A DNA stretch of 63,834 bases, filler included, from Octopus bimaculoides (GCF_001194135.2; 7 parts of 5 records of this genome joined end to end with filler, not necessarily neighbours in it); one strand, 5' to 3'. Counted from the whole stretch's first letter, positions 24,601 to 37,079 are shown. A program made the numbers and translations. The notes: generated by a model not told the origin, from the sequence alone.

Positions 24601-25159
24601 TTTATTTATTTATATATATATAAGATAGAAGAAATACACATAATNNNNNNNNNNNNNNNNNNNNNNNNNNNNNNNNNNNNNNNNNNNNNNNNNNNNNNNN
24701 NNNNNNNNNNNNNNNNNNNNNNNNNNNNNNNNNNNNNNNNNNNNNNNNNNNNNNNNNNNNNNNNNNNNNNNNNNNNNNNNNNNNNNNNNNNNNNNNNNNN
24801 NNNNNNNNNNNNNNNNNNNNNNNNNNNNNNNNNNNNNNNNNNNNNNNNNNNNNNNNNNNNNNNNNNNNNNNNNNNNNNNNNNNNNNNNNNNNNNNNNNNN
24901 NNNNNNNNNNNNNNNNNNNNNNNNNNNNNNNNNNNNNNNNNNNNNNNNNNNNNNNNNNNNNNNNNNNNNNNNNNNNNNNNNNNNNNNNNNNNNNNNNNNN
25001 NNNNNNNNNNNNNNNNNNNNNNNNNNNNNNNNNNNNNNNNNNNNNNNNNNNNNNNNNNNNNNNNNNNNNNNNNNNNNNNNTATATATGCATATGTGTGTG
25101 TATGTGTGTGTGTGAATGTGTGTGAGTGTATGTTTATATATATATACATATATTTAAAC

Positions 25160-26382
25160 AATGCGGAAGTTTTATTCATCAAAGTAAGTACCATTACAAT
25201 CAACACATTTTTGCCAACGAGTTACAAGTTTGTTTGTTTCGTTATCATAAAAGTCTAGAGTTTTGGAGCTGATGAACTCTTTGAACAAACTTTCAGCATC
25301 GGTTTGATTGATTTTTGAACTCTTTCTCTCGCAGGAAACTATCAAGATGTTTGACAAAGTGGTAGTCGGTAGGAGAAAGGTCTGGGGAATAAGCTGGGTG
25401 GGGAAGAACTTCGTACTTAAGTTCCTTCAACTTCTGGAGCATCATTGGTGAAACGTCGGGTCGAGCATTGTCATGAAAAATGATTGGCCCTCTTCTGTTG
25501 ACCAGTCAGGGACGGAGGAGTAGCATTTTTTCATTCATTTTTGAAATTTCATGGCAATATGTTTTTGCAGTAATGGTTTTTCCGGGTTTTAAGAAGTTAC
25601 CGTGGATGAGTCCAACAGTACATCACCAAACAGTCAACATAACCTTCTCTTTGAAGAGCTCGAGTTTAGGGAAGGTTTTCGGTGCTTCATTTTGGTTCAA
25701 CCACTGTGAAGAACGTTTTTTTATTATTGTACAGAATCCACTTTTCATCGTAAGTTAAAGAAATGGATTGGTCTGGTTACGGAGAAGAAGCGACGAGCAA
25801 ATTTCATATCTGCGCATTTTTTGATTTTCATTCAAATCGTGTGGTACCCATTTGTCGAGCTCTTTTGATTTTCCAATCGCATGTAAATAGTCGCAGGCAG
25901 TTTTCTAGCTAACCTGATGTTCTTTTGCCAGTTCTCGAGTGGTTTTACGTGGATCTTTCTCAATGAAGGTCTTTAATTGACTGTCATCGACGACAGATGA
26001 GCGTCCATTATGCCCACAACCTTCAAGGTTCACGTCTCCACTGCGAAATCATTTAAACCATTTTCGAGCTGACCACTCACTGGCTATTTCCTCACCAAAC
26101 GTTTCGTTGATATCGCGCGCAGTTTCAGCCGCTTTACGTCCTTTTTTGAAGTTGAATAGCAAAATTGCTCGAAAATCGCGCTTTGACAGTTCCATTTCAG
26201 ATGATTGTTACAACAGTGAAAATAAAAAATCACTGTTAATTTATTGATGCATTTGGGCAAGTCTATGTCTATATTATCAGACAATTGCAAAAAAATGTTT
26301 TAAAAAAATTCGAAACTCTGTAAAAATCTGCTACAAATTCTTCAGGTTTCATAACGTTGCTTACTTTTTACTCAACCTGATA
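25160..26382 (-). mobile_element. mariner transposon, decayed
   Basis: VLPHPAYSPDLSPTDYHF...FYDNETNKLVTRWQKCVDCNGTYFDE*; mariner-type 5' TIR TATCAGGTTGAGTAAAAAGTAAGC at 26382; 3' TIR not seen. Confidence 0.9.
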
Positions 26383-26896
26383 GATTTCGTCGACAGAACT
26401 TGTTGGTATGAAGCCACTGACTACTACACCCCAGGGATCATTCTACCGACATGCTGTCTCTTGATTCTTACTTTTCTATTGGAGTTAATAAGTGCCTCAG
26501 TTCCACTTATCAGGCTGATTTTGTGTCACACCCAGAAAGTTTTGATTCATTGATCGCTTTTCTCCTCGGCCAAATTGTGTCCATCACTACACTACTACGA
26601 CTGCAAAAAGACCCCTATACCAAGTCCTTCAGCTATAGAATTCTCATCTTCTGGACACCCCTATTATTACTGAACGTGTTTTTACTACCTGTATCGATTC
26701 GTAAAAAAATTGAGGTGGAACGTTAATGGCGTTAAAACCGTTGATCTCGGAGATGAAACCACTGAAAATAACAAACAGTATAGACAGTGTGTACGCTGTA
26801 GATTGTACAGATCTTTTGCGTTTACAGTTCAAGCACTAGCTAGCATATACGAATTTGGAGTGATGTATAATTTGTGTTATAGCTTTTCTGAACAAT

Positions 26897-27053
26897 CGCA
26901 GGCGCGGCTGTGTGGCAAGAAGCTTATTTCTCAGCCATGTGGTTTCGGGTTCAGTCCCACTGCGTAGCACCTTGGGCAAATGTCTTCTATAGCCTCGGAC
27001 AGACTAAAGTCTTGTGAGTGGATTTGGTAGATGGAAACTAAAAGAAGACCGTG
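26897..27053 (+). mobile_element. SINE family A
   Basis: CGCAGGCGCGGCTGTGTGGCAAGAAGCTT...GGGTTCAGTCCCACTGCG. Confidence 0.85.
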
Positions 27054-27083
27054 ACATACATAATACATACATACATATATATA

Positions 27084-27139
27084 TATAAACATAATTAAGG
27101 GATCAGCAAATATTTGCTGATCCCTTAATTATGTTTATA
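27084..27139. repeat. 56-bp perfect palindrome
   Basis: TATAAACATAATTAAGGGATCAGCAAAT|ATTTGCTGATCCCTTAATTATGTTTATA. Confidence 0.9.
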
Positions 27140-27495
27140 AATGTATATGAACTTTTAAATAAGTTCTCCACCGATAATGGTGCTTACATACCGAAGGGCT
27201 TGGTAAAAATTATTAATTGTTGATTTATTAATAAATTAATAAATTAATAAACCTTTACCCTCTTAATTNNNNNNNNNNNNNNNNNNNNNNNNNNNNNNNN
27301 NTATACGTAGCAGTTTGCAACATTTCGCCAAAACAGAGAATTATAAATGTCACTAAATGTGACTAGGGTGTTAGGGAACACCAACATTGCTAGAAACAAG
27401 AGCTAATCCGCCCTAATGTTGTAATTAAAGCACATGAATGAAAGCATATACACTAACAAGGACCATAATCGCCTGAAAAGTGCTGGTAGAGAATT

Positions 27496-27546
27496 CTTAA
27501 TACTGATGCGTCAGTTTCGGCAATTTCCGTTACCTCATCAGTTAAG
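27496..27546 (-). ncRNA. Type-I hammerhead ribozyme, intact core
   Basis: CTTAA-CTGATGA-GGTAA(CGGAAA)TTGCC-GAAA-CTGA(CGCA)TCAG-TA-TTAAG. Confidence 0.8.
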
Positions 27547-27787
27547 ACAGTTCGACTGTTTGGATCTCTTTCCGGACTCGTTTCACCATTAGTATTTGTG
27601 CTTTCGTCATCCAAATAATTGGATGATTTAGCGATTCACTAATGGGTATATATACAATTAATATAAACAGCAGTTTGGAATGTTTTGCCAATAAGCAAAT
27701 CGCTAAATCATCCGATTATTTGGATGACGAAAACATAAATACTAATGGTGAAACAAGTCCGGAAAGAGAGCCAAACAGTCGAGCTGT

Positions 27788-27838
27788 CTTAACTGATGAG
27801 GTAACGGAAATTGCCGAAACTGACGCGTCAGTATTAAG
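27788..27838 (+). ncRNA. Type-I hammerhead ribozyme, intact core
   Basis: CTTAA-CTGATGA-GGTAA(CGGAAA)TTGCC-GAAA-CTGACGCGTCAG-TA-TTAAG; all three stems pair; predicted cleavage after GUA at 27833. Confidence 0.85.
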
Positions 27839-28009
27839 AATTCTCTACCAGCACTTTTCAGGCGATTATGGTCCCTTTAGTGTATATGCTTTCATTCATA
27901 CAACATTAGAGCGGCTTAGCTCTTATTTCTAGCAATGTAGGTGTTTCCTAACACCCTAGTCACATTTAGTGATATTTATATATGTGTGTGTATGTGTATG
28001 TGTTTGTGT

Positions 28010-28180
28010 TTCTCTCCCACCACAGCTTGACAACTTAGCGGTTCGGCAAAACGGACCAATAGAATAGGTACGAATCTTAAAGGTATATGTCCTGGGGTCA
28101 ACTTTGTTTGACTAAAACCCTCCAAGGTGGTGCCCCAGCATGGCCGCAGTCAAATGACTGAAACAAGTAAAAAGATAAAA
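28010..28180 (+). mobile_element. SINE family C module
   Basis: AACTTAGCGGTTCGGCAAAA...GCCCCAGCATGGCCGCAGTCAAATGACTGAAACAAGTAAAA. Confidence 0.85.
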
Positions 28181-28499
28181 GAATCAATTGACTTGAATTG
28201 CCATGGGTTGCGGAAGTAGTGGCGTTGCACAGTGTGTGGACATGTACCGTGGATTCGTAATTAGCCAGTGGTCAGATGATCTACAAAGGGGGGGGGGCAG
28301 TGATGGTGGATGTGGATGCAGCATTGCTACAATTTTAAGGCCTCAGAGTTACTTAATAGTTGGGGTTGGGTGAGGAAAGGAAGTAGTTTGGGGTGTCAAG
28401 TGGAAGATCAGGTTTTGAGATGCGTCATTGCGACGTCACGAGTCAATAACCATTAGGATACCTCCCCAGTGATAGTAAATTCTAGTATATGAAGCAGTC

Positions 28500-28710
28500 A
28501 TTAGGGTTCTAGTAGTGGCTGTTCCAGTTTAGGTGTGTACGGTGAACTGTGATGAAATTTTCTCGATATGTGCGGTAGTTGTATTGCATAACTGTTGAAA
28601 GAGTCAAAATTGGTATGACTCAACAGGGGGATATTTTCGAGTTTCTGCTCATGAACGCAGTGCACATTCAGTGTGAGATGTTTATGTTGCATATGAATCT
28701 CGCTTAAGTG
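28500..28710 (-). mobile_element. Possible LTR-retrotransposon integrase remnant
   Basis: ENIPLLSHTNFDSFNS...HHSSPYTPK weakly resembles the integrase core motif SDNG...SSPYHPQSNG. Confidence 0.3.
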
Positions 28711-29088
28711 CAAAAGGTTAGCGGGAAGGAATGAAGGATGGTTTTAAGCGCATGCGTTTGAGCGTTGTTGGAAGTGATGACAAATAAGCCGTCAACGTGT
28801 AGGTGGAAAAGTGCTTACGCAAAACCCAACTCTGGGGTACACTAGAGTTGATAGTATAACCCTGAGAAAACTCCACCAATATACATCACATCGGTGTGAG
28901 CTGAGAAGAAACCACGTATGGAAACGACGAGAAACGCATAAGAGGTCAGTTTCGACAGAAGATACACGTGATTGATTTAACAAAAATGATGAAAGCAGGT
29001 CTATAAGCTGCAGTCTTACAGCATTATAAACAGAAACGAGACAGTTGATGGTTTGTAGTTTTGTTTCTTGGGAATTAAAAGAATTCAC

Positions 29089-29162
29089 GTTCGAGTGATC
29101 TGTTCGAGTGATCTGTTCGAGTGATCTGTTCGAGTGATCTGTTCGAGTGATCTGTTCGAGTG
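29089..29162. repeat. 13-bp minisatellite (GTTCGAGTGATCT) x5.7
   Basis: Five perfect units plus 9 nt. Confidence 0.95.
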
Positions 29163-30118
29163 TCGTGTGCCTTTGAAATATACACTCATACCTCGGTACT
29201 AAGGATAACTCTTTCACGGATTTCGGAAGCAGCGGACAAAACCACAGCATATCAACAACATCTCTTCACTGTCCCTGGTAAGCCTGATTTAAAATTAGAA
29301 ATGTTGGATTTCCTGTATTTTAATGTATATTTACAGTGTACAGGTATTTTACATTGTCAGATTGGATAGTGTGCTTGATTAAAAGTACAGTACTGTATTT
29401 ATTTCCCTGTCTTTCGTAATGTAATTGTTGATATCAGCCACTCCTAATGTAACCTAACCTTAGTGTCGGTACCTATGGACAATCAGCTTCATCCGACCGA
29501 TGTTCTCCATCACTTTAATAGTACCGTGGTATGAGTATATTTTTATTCTGCCTCACGCTAGAAATATTTTATTTACATTTAGGCTGGGACGTAAGGACTT
29601 TCTGCAGCTAGAATATCATAATATTTAGTATATATCGAAGGAAAATACTACAATTACCTACAAAAATGACAAAACGAAAATTCCTGTTCTCAGTCTTCAA
29701 GGAAGCTAACAAATATAAAAGAACGGTTGAAATAATAATCAGTTGCGAATAGAATGGAGAAAAACTAACAAAATTAATAAATAAATACTAAAAACATAGC
29801 TGAAAGCAAGAATATAGAATGTCATTTTACGATAATGACAGGAAAAGCTTCTCCTTCGTGTCGAAAACACAACACGAAGAACGAACCTGGCGGGGGCGGT
29901 AAATATTGCACAAAATGTAACGGAGAAGCACAGAACTCTAAAGAGAAATCGAAGGAGATTCAAGAGCAGCAAAAAAAAGCAAATCCTTCATAATAGAAAT
30001 CCCGAAACGAATATAATGAAATCGAAAACAAAACGTTACTGCACAATATAAGATACGACGTGAATGTTGACAGAAAGCAATCAATGATATTGTGTGTGGC
30101 TGCCCAGTTTCAGCTAAC

Positions 30119-30161
<43 letters not shown>

Positions 30162-30311
30162 ATGAATGTATGTATGTATGAATGTATGTATGTATGAATG
30201 TATGTATGTATGTATGTATGTATGTATGTATGTATGTGCGCGTGCGTGTGTGTGTATGCATGTGAGTGTGTGATTGTGTGTGCACGTGTGGTATATATAC
30301 TTATATATATA

Positions 30312-31300
30312 AACGAGGTCTCATCAATAAGTATCCAGACTGTTGCCATAGTAACGAAGCCAAAGCATGCAGAGTGAAGCCGCTGGGCAAAGATGGACCT
30401 TGAACTCTGCTGTGCATGCGCAGTAGATTTAAACGTTCTAGCTCACTTCCGCTGTTTCCAGCAGTGCTTAGAAGGAAGGTGTGTAGCGTGTGATCGTCAC
30501 ATTGACCACAACAGAGAAAGTTGTCATGGTAATACCTGCTCAGAGGCCTACGCAAAGTTGCAGAAAGTGTATGAGCCGCACACAAATATACGAGTGGGTC
30601 ACTGGGTCACACGTTTCTAAGATGACGGAAAAAATGTCGATACTAACAAGTGTTCTGGGAGACTCGCAACCAACAGAACTGAGAAAAACATTGCAGATGT
30701 GTGTGCAGCTGCGCAAGTAGATCGTCGAATCACCATCCGTGAGTTATCAGAGGATGTGCAGATTAGTTACGGTTCTGTTCAATCCACCATCACTGAAGAT
30801 TTAGGTTTGAGACACGTGTCTGCCAAGTTTGTGCCAAAACTGCTTTCAGTTGACCAAAAAGACACTCAGGTTTCCGTTGCACAAGATCTCTTTGATCATG
30901 TCGAAAATGATAAGTTTTTGAAAACTTTGCGTAGGTNNNNNNNNNNCAGTTGACCAAAAAGACACTCAGGTTTCCGTTGCACAAGATCTCTTTGATCATG
31001 TCGAAAATGATAAGTTTTTGAAAACTTTGCGTAGGTCTCTGAGCAGGTATCGCCAAGCTTTTGGCAAAATTTGAAGCAGACACTGCTCAACTTTCTCTGT
31101 CATGTTCAATGCAACTATCACACGCTACGCACCTTCCTTCTAAGCACTGCTGTAAACAGCGGAAGTGAATTCATAACGTTAAGACTTAGTGCGCGTGCAC
31201 AACAGAGTTCAAGTTCAATCTGTACCAAGCGGTTTTGCGCTGCATGCTTTAGCTTCGTTACTGTGGCAACAGTCCGGATACTTATTGATCAGACCACGTA
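30312..31300. mobile_element. mariner-derived foldback made of two inverted 5' ends
   Basis: TIR ACGAGGTCT(C/G)ATCAATAAGTATCC at both ends with TA flanks; + strand transposase HTH (RRITIRELSEDVQISYGSVQSTITEDLGLRHVSAKFVPKLL); the right arm encodes the same N-terminus on the minus strand. Confidence 0.9.
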
Positions 31301-31549
31301 TATGTATATGAGTATGTTTAGGTGTGTGTATTATATATATGTGTGTGCGTACGTGTGTATACATACACGCGCGTGCAAGTCCTGAATTTAAATACTACAA
31401 ATGATCCAGATACCTGGAACTATAAAAATCTGCAAGACATTCTTAAGATTTGTAGGATGATGAACAAAACAAGATGCTTTCCTTCGCAACCTTGCTATCA
31501 AGCTGGTGGTCACTCAAAATGTATTCTAAATTAAAAAAAGAGAACGAGA

Positions 31550-31592
<43 letters not shown>

Positions 31593-31606
31593 CATACGTA
31601 CGTGTG

Positions 31607-31655
<49 letters not shown>

Positions 31656-32021
31656 GTGTGAGTAAAATAACACAAGTGCAACGAGGGGAATAAGAAACGG
31701 GCAGTAAGCTGGACAACGCGAGAGGTTAAAACAAGTAGACAAAAATTCAAAAGGTGGTGGTCAAAAAGTAATCCCGCACAAAATAAGCATAAGATGTAGA
31801 ATGCAGTGAACAGTTCGCCGGCGAAAGGAAAGGAGAGGAATTACACTGACGTTTCCGTGAAACCTTTACCAAAGTAGAGTACGAAATAAATAAGAAAGAA
31901 AAGAAACAGGAAAAGAAACGATGCCTGTTTAAAGCACGTGTATATATATATATGATAAGATAAGAAAATAGAGAGATAATTAATAAATTGCTATTTATTA
32001 ATTAAAAAAAATTGACAAACA

Positions 32022-32235
32022 TCTCTTACAGCTGTTTCAATTCAAGCTCTTCAGAAAATTAATTAATAAAATTAAAAATTATCTGAAAGTTGAATCTCGT
32101 CAGAGGTAGTTTAAGGTTGTTTAAGATATGCAAAATAAGTGTTCAATGCCTGCATGCTAAGTAAACACCTGCAAACCGTTAGCGGTTTCAAATAATTTTA
32201 AATTTTATTAATTAATTTTCTGAAGATCTTGAATT
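32022..32235. mobile_element. Short foldback with a degenerate hammerhead core on the minus strand (32022-32058)
   Basis: TTCAAGCTCTTCAGAAAATTAATTAATAAAATT is mirrored at 32200-32233; minus strand CTGAAGA...GAAA-CAGCTG-TA-AG. Confidence 0.55.
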
Positions 32236-33431
32236 TTCTTATTATAATAGATAGATATATATATANNNNNNNNNNNNNNNNNNNNNNNNNNNNNNNNNNN
32301 NNNNNNNNNNNNNNNNNNNNNNNNNNNNNNNNNNNNNNNNNNNNNNNNNNNNNNNNNNNNNNNNNNNNNNNNNNNNNNNNNNNNNNNNNNNNNNNNNNNN
32401 NNNNNNNNNNNNNNNNNNNNNNNNNNNNNNNNNNNNNNNNNNNNNNNNNNNNNNNNNNNNNNNNNNNNNNNNNNNNNNNNNNNNNNNNNNNNNNNNNNNN
32501 NNNNNNNNNNNNNNNNNNNNNNNNNNNNNNNNNNNNNNNNNNNNNNNNNNNNNNNNNNNNNNNNNNNNNNNNNNNNNNNNNNNNNNNNNNNNNNNNNNNN
32601 NNNNNNNNATATAATTACTGTTTGAGAAAATTACTATTTGGAAATCTCTCAACGGGAGACATTCAGTAGCAGTACTCTAGATTAAAGATTATTTGCCAAT
32701 ACAGCGTGGCAGTCCTGGTTTAGGACGATTGTTTCTATTATTTAGCCCAAGGAAAACTAGTCCTAAACCAGGACTGCCACATTATGTTGGTAAATTATCT
32801 TTGCTCTCTCTCTCTCTCGTGGGTTGGTTGCAGCTTCTAGGTGTTAGAGAATATATTCTCTATGTACTTGGTGTTATAGGCAAGCGAGACACCTCACATA
32901 GGTCCCTTCTCGGAGCGACAGACATCGATGTTTCGTCTCGCTTCTCTTTGACTTACTTTGAGGTGTTTTCTTTTACACCAGGCGCATAGAGAATATGTTC
33001 TCTTACTCCTAAAAGCTGCAGCCGACCCACGAACTAACAACGCGCAAACCTTGTGTATGTGTGTTCGATTTTGTTTATATACCTCGAGACACTTCTAGTT
33101 CATATTTGAATATATATATATATATAATATTTGCATAATTCGAGAGAACCGGGTATTTAAATAGTGAAAGCACCAAGGTAGCATCGGTTATAGCACTACT
33201 GTGTACAAACAATGTATAACAACAAATACGTACTCACTAAAGCAAATACGGATTTGTTCTCCAGTTATGCATACATTCACAATTGGCTGACGGAATATTC
33301 TACGAGTCATGAAGGTAATACATAGGTATACTCAATGTACCTATTGCACCGCTGTCTATAGACTCCAGATCCAAACGAATTGCAGATTCCAAGTTAGGTA
33401 AAGAATAAAAATAAAAACAAATGGACTGCTG

Positions 33432-33516
33432 TTCACTACAGCTGTTTCGGAGATGTTTTTTTCTTGATGAAGAAAGTGCTACATCATGCAAGAAAAACCC
33501 GTTTTCATCAGGTGAA
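33432..33516 (-). ncRNA. Hammerhead ribozyme core, degenerate at the base of stem II
   Basis: TTCAC-CTGATGA-...-GAAA-CAGCTG-TA-GTGAA; 5-bp stem I is perfect. Confidence 0.55.
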
Positions 33517-33618
33517 TACAGGTAGAATTAACACTTAGAACTTCTCAAGTACATACTGCCAAATGACTCAGCCACTCTTGACAAAATTAGCTCTGCGGCA
33601 TCCGTAATTATGGTAAAG

Positions 33619-33650
<32 letters not shown>

Positions 33651-34732
33651 CATAGTGGCTCGAACTTCCTGATCTCTGAGCTACACACCCTGTCGAGTAA
33701 AGTTACTTTAGAAGTTCCTCAGTGAAACCCCATTTCAGTCGCCTGTATTCGTGGTTGCGCGCTTTCAGTCATTCTTCGCCCTAGATAATAATAGGCACGA
33801 AAACGGAATTGAAGATAGAAAGTATGGTTTGTTTATGTATCTTTTCTCTTGTGAGTATCAAATGTAAGGTAGTTTCTGAATGATTACAAAATTCAGGATA
33901 GGTCAGATGAATCTCGCCACGAAAGTGAATCAAATCCAGAAATTAGCTGCAAAATTACTTTGTCTTTGTGCTTTGAGACAATCGTAACTTTTACAGTTAA
34001 AACTGTTTAAATAAAACATTATCATTATAAAATATCGTCATTGAAAGCTGGATTTTCAGAGTCGGTGTAGCCACATTTAAAAATATCGTTTTCTAACTTA
34101 CCTCCTTACGAGATTTAATTAGTTATGTAGTTCTTGAGGTCTTATATAACTTCCGATAATGCTGGGTAATCATGGAGAATTTGTTGGAATTAGATTCAGA
34201 AGTAAAATTATTATCAAAGTCGTGTTTCTTTAAAATGGACGACTAATTATATGAACCTGAATAGATATCAGCATGATTCCACAATATCAAAACAAAATTG
34301 CTTACGGCCTAAACTTGTGTGTTACCGAATACATCTAAAAACGATGACAAAACGGCAAGAAAATATATAGCCATTAGTTCTAAAACGAATTAAGATTTTT
34401 TCACCTCACTAGTCAATGCGGGTTTGTATATCGCGACGATCACAACTATGCAGGTGACAGCTACAGGCTCAGAAAGTGAAATCCTTTTACAGAATGTTAT
34501 ACATTTGTGATTTTTAGTTAATATATTTCAAATGGAAGACATTTCAATACAGAGTTCATTTCGAACTATTGTGTGAACCTGGCAGAATTGCTAATATATT
34601 CCATACACGTAGAAATAATTATAGTTCTTTACATATAATCATATAATTGATACTGAGAAAATACTTTAATATATTAATTTACATTCTGTCTGTCTGTCTG
34701 TCTGTTCGTCTGTCCGTCTGTCCGTCTGTCCG

Positions 34733-34818
<86 letters not shown>

Positions 34819-34984
34819 ACGTTCTCTCTCCTCTCTCTCCTTCTGTCTCATATACATTATGTGTGTGTGTATATATANNNNNNNNNNNNNNNNNNNNNNN
34901 NNNNNNNNNNNNNNNNNNNNNTTAATTAATTAANNNNNNNNNNNNNNNNNNNNNNNNNNNNNNNNNNNNNNNNNNNNATCTACC

Positions 34985-35200
34985 AACTCCAAATCCACTC
35001 ACAAGGCTTTGGTCAGCTCAAGGTTATAGTAGAAGAAACTTGCCCAAGGTGCCACGCAGTGGGACTGAATCTAGAACCAAAAGGTTGGGAAGGAAGCTTC
35101 TTTTTATTCTTATACTTGTTTCAGGCATTTGACTGCGGCCATATTGGAGCATCGCTTTGAAGGGTTTTAGTTGAACAAATCGACCCCAAGACCCCAGGAC
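34985..35200 (-). mobile_element. SINE family A (34985-35100) adjacent to a partial C module (35100-35200)
   Basis: Module matches. Confidence 0.75.
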
Positions 35201-35216
35201 TTCTATCGGAAGTGGA

Positions 35217-35248
<32 letters not shown>

Positions 35249-35975
35249 TGGATTCAATCCTAGATAGCCAAATTTAAATTAACACTCCAACAGCACTTTT
35301 CTCACGATGAAACAATAGCTTTTCTGTGACAGTAGTTACATTTGCCAGATGCGTTAGCTAAGCAAAATAATGTCTTCGCCACTTGACCCTTCTAACCTCT
35401 TCTATTTCACCAATACCTAGAATAGAGATATCACAGACCTCCAACGAAATCTATTGTTCTCAACGATATGTCTATCCTTCTAGATAGTTATAAAAACAAG
35501 AACCCCCAAGCAAAAGTGAGTTAGTGAATGGACAACTAATCATGGCCACAAGCAGGCAGCTACTAAAGACAAATGGTCAGGGGGAGAAAGAAAGTTATAA
35601 TCAACCAACTATGAGACACAACTTTCCTCGACTCTATAACTTTCACTAGCTCAGTTTCTTTTCTCTTACAACATCATTCTATCTCTGTCTGTGGATTACT
35701 ACTACGAGAACATGTACACACATACTGGCCAAAATTAACTTTTTTACCTCGCATGCTTTTTCATTTACTACTTATACATCCAACCCGTCGTGGTTTTGGA
35801 TGTACACAATGTAACGGTAAATAAATATTTTCTTTACTTCAATCACTGTTCTTTTATCTTTACATAATAGCAATCAACGAAGAACCAATCCTTACAAACT
35901 GGTGACGACTCCGACGATCCATATTATTGTTTCCAAATTAATCTCAACCGTTACAAAATAAACTTCTACCGTTAC

Positions 35976-36035
<60 letters not shown>

Positions 36036-36950
36036 AAAGAAAAAGCCCACAGAAAACGCCGGCTGTCAAAAACATATTTTGATTATTCTCACAAATTAAC
36101 TAACCTAACGTGTATACAATGAACTGTCATAATGAAAAGTTCGGTCAAACAAGTTACACTGGTTTACTTACTAAATCTATAATAAATAGTTTTATTTCAA
36201 ACATATTTATGCTAGCGGTACCCGTGAATATTTCACGGATTTAATGGTGAACCTATTGGGGTATTTCTGAAAACTTTATTCATAAAGCCTGAAAGCGTAG
36301 CCTGTGTTGTGTCTGTATGGAAAGATAGTCGCTCATCTGCTACTCATTGAAAAGTGAAAGAAATTGAAATATGTTGATTACTTAACGCACTTTATATACT
36401 TTATGCACAATTTTATAGAATTAATACATAGCACTTGTAAAATAAATATTCACTCTTATTTTTCCAATTTCCCCATGAAAAAGAAAATATTCCATACATA
36501 TGTTACAACCTTTAGTTAAATTGAATATATCTACCACGTAAATAAGCGCGAATATTTCACGGATTTAATGGTGAACCTATTGGGGTATTTCTGAAAACTT
36601 TATTCATAAAGCCTGAAAGCGNNNNNNNNNNNNNNNNNNNNNNNNNNNNNNNNNNNNNNNNNNNNNNNNNNNNNNNNNNNNNNNNNNNNNNNNNNNNNNN
36701 NNNNNNNNNNNNNNNNNNNNNNNNNNNNNNNNNNNNNNNNNNNNNNNNNNNNNNNNNNNNNNNNNNNNNNNNNNNNNNNNNNNNNNNNNNNNNNNNNNNN
36801 NNNNNNNNNNNNNNNNNNNNNNNNNNNNNNNNNNNNNNNNNNNNNNNNNNNNNNNNNNNNNNNNNNNNNNNNNNNNNNNNNNNNNNNNNNNNNNNNNNNN
36901 NNNNNNNNNNNNNNNNNNNNNNNNNNNNNNNNNNNNNNNNNNNNNNNNNN

Positions 36951-37012
<62 letters not shown>

Positions 37013-37079
37013 ACACACATCTTTAGTCTCGAGAACGCGGAAGGTATTCTACTGAATCTCTTTTCCAAATCTCTTTGCC

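Larger units (their letters stand above)
27342..27980. mobile_element. ~640-bp foldback element with ~295-bp arms, each carrying a hammerhead ribozyme
   Basis: 27342-27636 is the reverse complement of 27698-27980, with scattered substitutions and one ~11-nt indel; ~61-nt spacer. Confidence 0.9.

Noticed and set aside
27642-27932. 96-aa ORF in the foldback arm
   Set aside because: It overlaps the ribozyme, has no recognisable domain, and the mirrored arm has a frame-shifting indel.
29089-29162. Short direct repeats considered as a CRISPR array
   Set aside because: No spacers, 13-bp unit, eukaryotic context, no cas genes.
30847-31036. Exact 90-bp direct repeat on either side of a 10-N gap
   Set aside because: Typical unmerged contig overlap.
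35806-35975. TGTAAC...GTTACA LTR-like ends with a PBS-like TGGTGACGAC
   Set aside because: Too short, with no partner LTR or internal domain; cannot be supported.
36226-36621. ~70-bp exact direct repeat ending at a gap; weak Helitron-like 5' end CTAGCGGTACCCGTG
   Set aside because: Adjacent to a gap, so probably an assembly duplication; no 3' hairpin or CTRR end is visible to support a Helitron.
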